IMG/VR virus record: IMGVR_UViG_3300025128_006668
Coordinates: 32,001 to 96,000 of that record
Direction: 5' to 3' (one strand)
Source of the DNA: a virus
Length of the DNA stretch: 64,000 nt
Each line of letters begins with the position of its first letter. Position 1 is the stretch's first letter. The notes beneath the pieces are model-generated. The model worked only from the letters and a program-made list of their open reading frames with translations. It did not search any database and had not been told where the DNA came from. Below, piece after piece: positions 45,634-54,900 of the stretch. The translations under genes and the position numbers were made by a program.

Positions 45634-46205
45634 TACTTGAATCTCCTGAATATATAGTTATCGGCTGCAAATATCAGATTCTTAACTTCTTGGTCATACT
45701 CTTGACATTCTATAAGATCGGTATTGTTAACTCTTACATTGCCGAAATCCCTGATCGCCCTCTCATCAAATACCTCTATCCTCGGCAAAAAGTTTAACGC
45801 ATCGATGAAGTCTTCTACTAGATTCTCGTACTTGCCTATAAATGATATTTCATAATGATCGCCAAAGTAATATTTAGATAGAGAATATAAAGACTCTCCT
45901 ACACCTAACACATTACGAACAAACTTATTTATGTCATGCATTTCCCAACTCGGGTTTACCTTAGTGAGTGCATTGAACTTAAAAAGAGATTTATACCAGT
46001 CGAACGGATTTCTTATAAATGAAAATGAAAAGCCACTATAGTTCTGGTAATAATAGCCGGTATGCCCACCTCTAATATCTAGCTCGGGATTACACAATTC
46101 ATATTTGACCCCAGACTTACACAACGCTTGCCGGCACCATGTGCCTCCAGTTTTTGGTAGATGTAGGTATCTAGAGTGCGAGAATGGTAAAAGCAGGCTA
46201 GGCAT
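45630..46205 (-). CDS. Sulfotransferase family protein
   Basis: PAPS-binding motifs HLPKTGGT and FIRNPFDWYKS, plus GKYENLVEDF and D...F..F.Y. Confidence 0.82.
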   Translation of the reverse strand: MPSLLLPFSHSRYLHLPKTGGTWCRQALCKSGVKYELCNPELDIRGGHTGYYYQNYSGFSFSFIRNPFDWYKSLFKFNALTKVNPSWEMHDINKFVRNVLGVGESLYSLSKYYFGDHYEISFIGKYENLVEDFIDALNFLPRIEVFDERAIRDFGNVRVNNTDLIECQEYDQEVKNLIFAADNYIFRRFKY

Positions 46206-46213
46206 GTAAGAGC

Positions 46214-46477
46214 TTAAGTGTCTTTTTTCTTAGAGAAGAATGGAAATAATTTATTTAGAAATTTCTTTCTTCCTCCACACCCACATCCTCCAGTGTTGAA
46301 TACTCGCTCTATTCTTTCGGGGGTAACTCCAAACTTGGACAGTACGCTCTCAATAGCATCTCCAAGTCCTCCATTCTCTTCAGTTAGATCTTCGACAGTG
46401 ACGCCCTCGTCATTAAGTGCACCTACTAACTTATCAGCCAATTCATCATCTGAAAGCTTATCTATCTCTTCTGACAT
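46214..46477 (-). CDS. Small GLGD...CGC..RK..LN protein
   Basis: GLGDAIESVLSKFGVT...CGCGGRKKFLNK; paralogous to the adjacent gene. Confidence 0.75.
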   Translation of the reverse strand: MSEEIDKLSDDELADKLVGALNDEGVTVEDLTEENGGLGDAIESVLSKFGVTPERIERVFNTGGCGCGGRKKFLNKLFPFFSKKKDT

Positions 46478-46918
46478 TTAATCACCTTTATAACCAAAAA
46501 TTTTATTCAGCCATTCTTTTCTTTTATTACAACCACAGTCCTTGAGTCCTGAGACTTTCTGCATTATTTCTGTAGTTATTCCAAATTTTGATAAAACTCT
46601 TTCTATCTTGTCACCAAGACCGTCGCTGACAACTATGTTATCATCTTCATCTAAGTCTATTCCTTCATTCTTCAGATTCCTTATAGCTTTATCTACGGTA
46701 GCTTTCGCAATGCTAAGATCCTTCTTTTCTTCCTGTCTTGCTAAACCTTCCTCTGAATGGTCTGGGCGAAAAAGATCTAAATAAAAATCTCTATTGTGTT
46801 GATCTGACTTACACTGATGACGTATGCCCTCACTTACATGCTGCTGATATACTGGACAATAACCTGCTATATCACAAGTACACTCCGTGTGCTCTCTATT
46901 CTGCATATTCTCGCTCAT
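46478..46918 (-). CDS. CxC...GYC module + GLGD...CGC..RK..LN protein
   Basis: CTCDIAGYC N-terminal module; GLGDKIERVLSKFGIT...CGCNKRKEWLNK. Confidence 0.75.
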   Translation of the reverse strand: MSENMQNREHTECTCDIAGYCPVYQQHVSEGIRHQCKSDQHNRDFYLDLFRPDHSEEGLARQEEKKDLSIAKATVDKAIRNLKNEGIDLDEDDNIVVSDGLGDKIERVLSKFGITTEIMQKVSGLKDCGCNKRKEWLNKIFGYKGD

Positions 46919-47984
46919 AAATAATCCCTTCCTCTGGATATAATACCATCTTCTTCGAGCTCTTTGCTATGTTCCCAGCCTGAATACCATTACTCTCTAC
47001 AAATATTGTAGCGCTAGAGGCAGAAAAAAGGTCCGACTTAAACGAGCTAACATTTTTGTTATGATCTCTTCCTGATAAACCATCTCTATCTACCCTAGTA
47101 TTAGAGGGGTACATAAAAAGCTCACCATATCTAACCCCTTTATCTCTTAGCCACTTTTCAGTTATTTCCCGATATTTCTCTAATCTACCGGTTACGAGCC
47201 CTTTTGCTTCAAATAAACTCGGCGTCATCTGAGGTATATTATCTACAGAGCTTATATACTCTATGTACTTCTCACCATCATCACATAACTCGGGAGGAAC
47301 ATCTGGGCATAATATTCCATCTATATCTAATAAGCAATTTTTCATTACCGAACAGTTAAAAAAACACCATTCATAAAAACAACTAGCAGTTATTATCTCT
47401 GCAAAAATATCTAAATCAGCTGCCTTTCTTTCACTAGCATAAACAGCACTATAAATATATTTACCTTTTGGTAAGATTTTCTTTGCTGCTCTTAGAGCCG
47501 AGCCTTTCCATATAGTATCATCTATAACAAGGATATTCCCTTCTCTTGGCTCATATGAACACATACGAACACCGCCTGAGAAAGATCTTCCATTGCATTT
47601 CACAACCTTGCCTTCACTCAGCGTGTATAGAGGTATTGATAGGAAAGTAGATATCACAGATGCGGGAAGCATTCCGGATCTTGGGATTCCGATAACTCCA
47701 GATATGTTATACTTAGAGAGTTGTGGAATTATTTTTTCTATGCATGCTTGAACCAAGTCTTTGGTCTTAAAAAACTTCCTGTGTGTCCGAGTTATTTTTC
47801 GTGCCGAATCCCTTCTTTTTCTTCTGTTGTATTCGTTTTTTATATGACCCCTCTCATAGGCACTCGCATTCTGACATATAGCAAGCTCACAATCAGTTTT
47901 TATCTCATACTGATGAGTATCGCAATATCCGATAGAATCACATCTGCAAGAGTGAATAGGTTCAGGATCGTCCATTATTAGCAC
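46896..47984 (-). CDS. CxC...GYC module + phosphoribosyltransferase + HAD-like fusion
   Basis: CRCDSIGYC; PRTase motifs GIPRSG and LVIDDTIWKG; HAD motifs LLDIDGILC, VTGR, FVES. Confidence 0.8.
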   Translation of the reverse strand: MLIMDDPEPIHSCRCDSIGYCDTHQYEIKTDCELAICQNASAYERGHIKNEYNRRKRRDSARKITRTHRKFFKTKDLVQACIEKIIPQLSKYNISGVIGIPRSGMLPASVISTFLSIPLYTLSEGKVVKCNGRSFSGGVRMCSYEPREGNILVIDDTIWKGSALRAAKKILPKGKYIYSAVYASERKAADLDIFAEIITASCFYEWCFFNCSVMKNCLLDIDGILCPDVPPELCDDGEKYIEYISSVDNIPQMTPSLFEAKGLVTGRLEKYREITEKWLRDKGVRYGELFMYPSNTRVDRDGLSGRDHNKNVSSFKSDLFSASSATIFVESNGIQAGNIAKSSKKMVLYPEEGIIYEREYAE

Positions 47985-48928
47985 CCAGCAGGAGGCTTTG
48001 GTGTTGCAATAACCCTCATACTTACATTGCCTGTACAGGGAGAAGTATCATCATCAACAGCTCCCCTACAGCAGTCACAGTGCCATAGCTCATTGTGAAT
48101 TTCAAAGACAACCTTCCAGTTATCTGCATTTCCGGAACCGCACTCTGCTGATACCATTGGCCAAGTAAAAATATTATCTCCTTGAGGTGAACATTCGTTT
48201 GGAGGAATGTAATACTCAGAATAAGCGTCAATAACAGGGCATGTGCAGAAGTCGCCATCCTCCCAGTGTGCTCCGGGAGGTGGATTGTGCCTAGCAGACC
48301 AAGAGAACCTTAGCTGATATCGACAACCGTGACATTCATCACTGAAAGAAGCCGCTTGAGCTGCAGAACTATACAGATCGCAACAAGCCAGACTTATTAG
48401 TATCTCTTCTCCGCTACCTCCAGCGCAGGTGCCAGTTATTCCGGCACTTCCGGGAGCGCATAAAGTAATAGGAGCATAACTTCCACCCCCATCAGGAGTA
48501 GCCCACTTTTCATGCGGCCACTCAAGAAGGCTTTTTCTGAAGTCTTGATGAACATTAACTGTAGCTGACGGGTCATCACAACCTATGGCTGTAGGATCAT
48601 AGCAGGGCGTGCCCCCAACATTTTTTGTAGTCCCATATGGGGCGTTAGCGTTTTGCAGAGCTATACCAGCGGCTCTATCTAACTCTATAACTGTCCCATT
48701 AAGGTTCTGACAAGTACCGCCAAGGTCTTGGAAAGTAAGACAGATATTCCCAGTAGGAGGACACGGACAACAGTGCGCTGGACACGAGTTCAAGCCAACT
48801 GGCAATCCGGTTGAGCAAACTTGGCAACAATAGCAACAAGTATCGCCTGAGCCACTCGCATAAGGGCTGCCATATCCCGGCCCTATCTGTATTGTCTTCT
48901 TTGGAGTTCCAGTTCTATCTGCTGACAT
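47978..48928 (-). CDS. Cys-rich hypothetical protein (tail-associated?)
   Basis: Many Cys clusters (CCYCC, CCPC, CDCC); lies just downstream of the fibre gene. Confidence 0.65.
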   Translation of the reverse strand: MSADRTGTPKKTIQIGPGYGSPYASGSGDTCCYCCQVCSTGLPVGLNSCPAHCCPCPPTGNICLTFQDLGGTCQNLNGTVIELDRAAGIALQNANAPYGTTKNVGGTPCYDPTAIGCDDPSATVNVHQDFRKSLLEWPHEKWATPDGGGSYAPITLCAPGSAGITGTCAGGSGEEILISLACCDLYSSAAQAASFSDECHGCRYQLRFSWSARHNPPPGAHWEDGDFCTCPVIDAYSEYYIPPNECSPQGDNIFTWPMVSAECGSGNADNWKVVFEIHNELWHCDCCRGAVDDDTSPCTGNVSMRVIATPKPPAGC

Positions 48929-48998
48929 TTATAAATCCTATATAATCCTACATACTATACTTATATTATATACGCTATAAGCGACAAAAGGTTACAAA

Positions 48999-51900
48999 TT
49001 AACCACATCCGGGATTAGCACAATCACAGAATCCACCATCATTAGTTATTCCTTTGAACAAGCCACAGTCACTGAAGTTTAGAGTGACATAGTTAATTGA
49101 CAGTTTATCACCCGTGCAGCATACATCTCTAACGACTGTTATTCCAGTTGAAGTTCCTCCAGCACAGAAAGGATCAAGCTCAATATCTATTCCACATGCG
49201 TCACCTGCAGTTGCAGTAGCCTTGATGCCACAACCAAAGTTGAAATCCTCTATAGGTCTAGAGAAGTTTCCTGAGCAGGCTGTTACGTTGAAATATGTTC
49301 CGATATTTTGCACGCAAGCATTTGTTCCATTTTTGACAAATGCTATACCCGGACCTGCACCTATCGTTCGTATATCTTGATTGACGCTGGGCGCTGACAA
49401 TGCAGTGAACGCACCGCATGCTAGCTTTCCGTTATACTCTAAAGGTATTGCATCTAAGAAATAATCACAGCTTCCTGATGCAGTAAACTTAACACCATTT
49501 CTAGCAAAAATATTCCTAAAATGATTATGCTGGGCATTAGTAGGAGAACTGGTTGGATCTCCGCAGCCGTCTTCACTAGGGACATTAGCAAGGCCCATGT
49601 AAATATCAACAGATGCGGTGCCATCAGCAGAAACCTCACCTATCCTTAAACCTGTCCTGAAATCAACGCAACTAACACCTTCGCATGATGTTATCGCTCC
49701 TGCAGGTGTACATGCCGCTGTGTCTTTAATTGGTGTGCATGAGTGAATTGTAAACTCACATGCTTTCGCAGCGTTAGCCGCACCTTCGTCAATGACGCTC
49801 ATGCCACTACCAAAGTTCAACTTGGAGAAGAACTTGTAATCAAAGTCATCGTCTGGACTGCAATAGCTAGCGGTAGACTTAATATAGTGATCAGCAGAAA
49901 TACCGTACTCACATTTGCCACCAGCTATTTCATGAAGGCGAAGGCCTGTTCCGGCAACAAGTGTCCTGAAGTAAGTTCCTCCAAGACTGAGGTCTGCTGG
50001 TCTAGATACAGTAGGTGTCCATCCGCAATATGCCTCGTCTCTTATAAACCTTTCAGTGTGAATATTGTACTCGCAGTTACTGCCTCTTAGTATGAATCCA
50101 GTGCCGAGTGTAAGCTGATCGAAGTGAACAGGACCATCAACACTTCTGGTGTTGTTACAATGCTGGGTAGAGTCTATTAATCTTCTGGCATTAACTATTG
50201 TTGTCTTAAAATCTGGAGCAGCTCTATATATTCTTAATCCAGTTCCATAGGTTGTGCACTCAGTATCGCTACATGCATTTATAGGGGCCTCACTAGGAGT
50301 GCTCGGAGGCGTATATCCGCAGTATCCTGAGCCTCTAGTTTGATGGACTGAGCCACTTCCGCTTCCACCTGAACCACAGGCAAATATATGATACTCACAA
50401 TCTCCTCCGGTTACGCCTATACCCTCTCCAAAGAATAGGTGCGTGAATGGTTGCTTATTGATACTAGTGCTTGTATCCTCGCACGTTGTATCTGTAGATG
50501 TTATATACTGAGGTGCAGCTATCTCGTAATTACAATTGCCAAGATCTGTGACTGCAATACCCGTGCTAAACTTCAGATCCTTAAAGAACTTTTTACCAGC
50601 TATAGAAGCTAGACCACAGTTGGCGCCATGACTAATAGTTCTGTCAGAGTCAATTGTGAACAAGCAGTCCGAGCCTTCAGATATGACAAGCCCAGAACCA
50701 AATTCTAGCGTCTTAAAGAACTCAGCGTTGGTTTCGGTATAACAAGTAGCATCAGAGTGTTTAATCGAGTGATTAGCATCAATTCTATACGTGCAATTCG
50801 ATTCTGCTTTTAAGTTCAGACCAGAACCTAAATTCAATGTATTAAAGTGAGCTTCAGCAACCGCTGATTCACCGCATGTACTTGTCTTCTTAATCTTTCT
50901 ATATGCAGAGATATTAAATTCGCAGTTAGAGGCTGAATCAACCTTTATACCAGAACTAAAATTAAGTGTTCTAAACTGAGTCTCAGCAACCGCTGGCACA
51001 CCGCAATCAGCAGTTTTCTTAATCTTAAAGTCGGCATCTATAAAGTACGTGCAGTCTCCAGCATCTTGCACTCTGAGTCCGCTTCTTGCCTTCAATGTCT
51101 TAAAGAATGCGTCAGATATGGTAGTTGGCTGGTTACAAGAAGTAATATCGGTAATATAGTGATTTGCATTTACTCGGTACTGACAGTTACCCATATCCTG
51201 CAGATAAAGACCTGTACCAAAGTCCAGCCTATTAAAGAACTCGTATGAGCCTACTTTATGATTGCTCTGGCAAAGATTAGTATCTTTTACATAATGATCT
51301 GCTTCTATTGAAAAATCTTTACAGTCACCTTCCGTAAAAGCATTGAGCTTGAGCCCTTTATCAAAGGCTAGGTTTCTGAATAAATTTCTGCCGTTTACAG
51401 AAGGGTTATAGTTGCAATAACCAGAATCTTCAACGGTTACATTTAACCCTATAACAAAGTCGCAGTCCGAAGCATCAGAGACCTTAATACCACTTGTGAA
51501 CTTAAGATCTTGGAAGAATTTCTTATCTACTTCAACACCATCGGATTCGCAAGGATCTGCAGATATAGTCCTATCAGAATCTATGTTGAATGCACAAGTA
51601 CCCGTGCTGTCAATTGTAAGGCCGGAACGGAATATTAGCCTGTCAAATATAGAAGCGGCACTGCTGCCTCCTGCACAAACTCCAGAATCTTCTATCCACA
51701 TTGGAGATGTTATTTCAAAGTCACAAGCATTCTCATTTGCCTGAACAACCAGACCAGTGCTGAACTTAAGGTGTCTAAAGAACTTATCGCTTACCGTGTC
51801 TCCACTGCAATATGGTGCTGCGCTAATATTATGGTCTGCATGGAATGTATAATTACAATCTCCAGTATTTTTCAGATAAAGACCTGTTCCCGCAACGATA

Positions 51901-54900
51901 GTCCTAAAGAAGTTTTCATTAGGATAACTCGAAGTCCTTCCACAATAGTCATCTCCTCTGACAAATCTTTCTGCACTTATTTCATAACCGCAATCAGATC
52001 CACCACTCTCAACTATAAGCCCACTCTTAAACGACAAATCAGTGAACACCGCATTAGTTACTAAATCCCTTCCGGGAGGACAAGGATGAAGGTCTGATAT
52101 TTTGAAGTCTGCATCTATTGATGCTACACAGTCTTCCAACTCAAGCTTAAGACCTGTACCTACGACAATATCATCAAAGAAAGAAAACTCTCCCGTGCCA
52201 TCATCGCCACATGGAGACGACGCTATCTCGTGCTGGGCATCAATCGTGAAGACGCAGCCATCTCCACTCACAGATAGACCAGAACCAAATTTTAGCTCAG
52301 TAAAGAACTCGTTAGATACAAGGTCGCCGTTTCCGGTATTGGTGCAGTATCCCTCATCTGACACAGTATGGTCAGCATGAATTGTCGGATTGCAACTATC
52401 TGATCCTGAGGCTGTGCCGACGTATAACCCACTTCCAAAAGTCAGACATTCAAAAACATGACAGTCGGAAGACCCCGTCCCGTTACCTACTCCGCAATAC
52501 CCCTCGCTAGCAACTTTATAAGGTCTGGCGTGAACAGATATAGACTGAGTGCAAGACTCCCCTGTCTCTCCTGTATATACATTAAGACCCGAGCCAAAGT
52601 CTATATGAGTGTACTTAACACTCGGAACCCCTGCTCCCTCTCCGGCTTTTATCTCCGCATAGCCAAGCTGATCTTCGGCAACCGCATCATCACATTGACC
52701 GCCAGTTAGACTACTAGCTGTGCTTATAACAGAAACTCGCGCGACTCCACAGTCACCACCGCCCTCTTCAGAGGCGCCACCCGCAAGACCAAACCCAAAC
52801 TCTATAGACTGGGCTGCAGATGAGCCTTCACCAGAGCATACGGTAATATCTATACCTGCCAAGGTTGATATATTGAATTCAGTTTCACAATCAGTCTCTG
52901 ATATAGTGAAACCTGTACCAAAAGTTAAATGAGTATATGGGAAACATATATCTGTATCTATCAGTCCGCTTTCAAATTCCTCTCTTTCAGCTCCAGTCAG
53001 TCCTGTCGGTATACAAGGTTCCACAGAAGAAGACAAGGTTAGGTCGCTATTAATCCTGAGCGCAAACATAAAATCGCCAGTATTTGTACCTGTCTGACAC
53101 ATGGTTCCGCTTTTTATGTCGTCCGACGCAGGAAAGCCATCTTTAGGTATCTTATAAATCTCAGCAAAGACACCAGTTCCAGCTACTAAAGGAGTCTTCA
53201 AGTCCCAGCCAGTAATAGGCGATAAAGCACTTATTGTGTTTAAATCTATAATCCCAGTATCTGAACAGGCTCCAGATTGATTGCCAGTTGCACACTGATG
53301 CCAATTCAAGACATCTACACAGAATGAAGGAGCACCTGCCGTGATAGGGTGATAAGCGCACTCTTCACTGTCCCAATAAGCTAAGACACTAGTGCCAGAC
53401 TCTAGTGTTCCAGCGCCTGCAAGAGTATTACTGATCTTTATATTGTATCCAGTCGTAGGATGAATAAGTCCGCCCTCTGAGTCATAGGCTGGTCTAGGGT
53501 TACTGATACGAGCATCTCCGGTCATGCCTCCTTCAATCACTCCAGTCCCAATTTCAGCGTGAATTATTCTAAAGCTATTTGGAACTGTCCATACTGCCCT
53601 TTCTCTGTCATACCTTAGATCTAAAGGCGCTACAGGCCAAGTCTTGGGCTGACGTAGCCACTTATCTAAAAACTTATCCTTCAGTCCAGCAGTTGTAAAA
53701 TTCCCCGCTTCGGCATTGCTAACAACATCCGCCTTATTAGGTACTGGTTTTCCTTCTAGGTCATATCCCCATCCTTGAATAAGTAAAGGACCTCTGGTTG
53801 CAATAGCTCTAAGGTCTTGGGGATAGTTTCCAGTTCTGAGATTATGCATGTAGGTGTCTGGACTGTCTGCTCCAGAGCCGTGATTTAATCTCCTTACATT
53901 ATTATTACCATAGCCAGTGTGGTTAGGGTCATCTGAATGCTTACTATTATGATAAGTATAATAAGGATCTAGATAATCTATATTAATAGCGGGAGGGGTC
54001 CAGTCAAGGATAGGTGGGTTTACTTGTCTAGTGTTAGATCTATAAGCCAGAGGCATTGGCGACTCGCCAGTAGGGCATGCCTCCCCGTTTTTACTAGCAT
54101 AGCGAGCAAGATGACTATTATTGGGTGCTGTGCCTGATTTACTTATGGGTAAATACAGAGCGTCCCAACTGACGAAAGAACCACTGTCATCAGGAGGTGT
54201 ATTCTTATACGTGTTACTGGATGGTGTGCTAGCATCTACAACCGGATCTTCTGAATGCGCAGCTACCCACTCGGGCTTTGCATTGGTTTGAGTCATAGCT
54301 AGAAGCTGACCGCCAGCATTTTCTACATTCTTTGCATCCTCAAGGGCCTTAACACTTCCTTTAAGACCTTTAATCTGTTTATCATGTTCAGCAAATTTCT
54401 TATTCTGTTGATCCCTAAGCCTCTGGTCTCTAAGCATCGCTTGACGAGCTTTAGCAATTCTAGCAAGCCTATTGGCATTGTACTTAGCAAACTTACCGAA
54501 CGTTGGTGCAAACGTATTGCACTGAATCGTTGTTGTTACTCCACCAACACCAATGTTTGCGGAAATATTAGTGATACTGGGCCCAAGTGTACCAGCCCAA
54601 GCTTCTGTATCGTAAAAGAAGTATGGGATGGCTATACCGCCTACTACGAGACTAGCCTGCTGAAGGCTAAATGTATTGAAACTTTCTAAGTCAGCATTAA
54701 GCTCTTGCCCTAATCTCTTCTTTGGGTATCCGGGCATAGTAAATGTACCCTTTTCGCCCTCTTGCATAAACGTAGCGCCATCTGCGGCTAACGTAAATCC
54801 TGCTTGCTGCATCTGTGAATAGCTATCATGTGTCCAAGGATTGAGAGAGGAGTCTTCTCTAAAAGACACCTGACCGGGAGGACCTTGAGCAAACCAAGGA

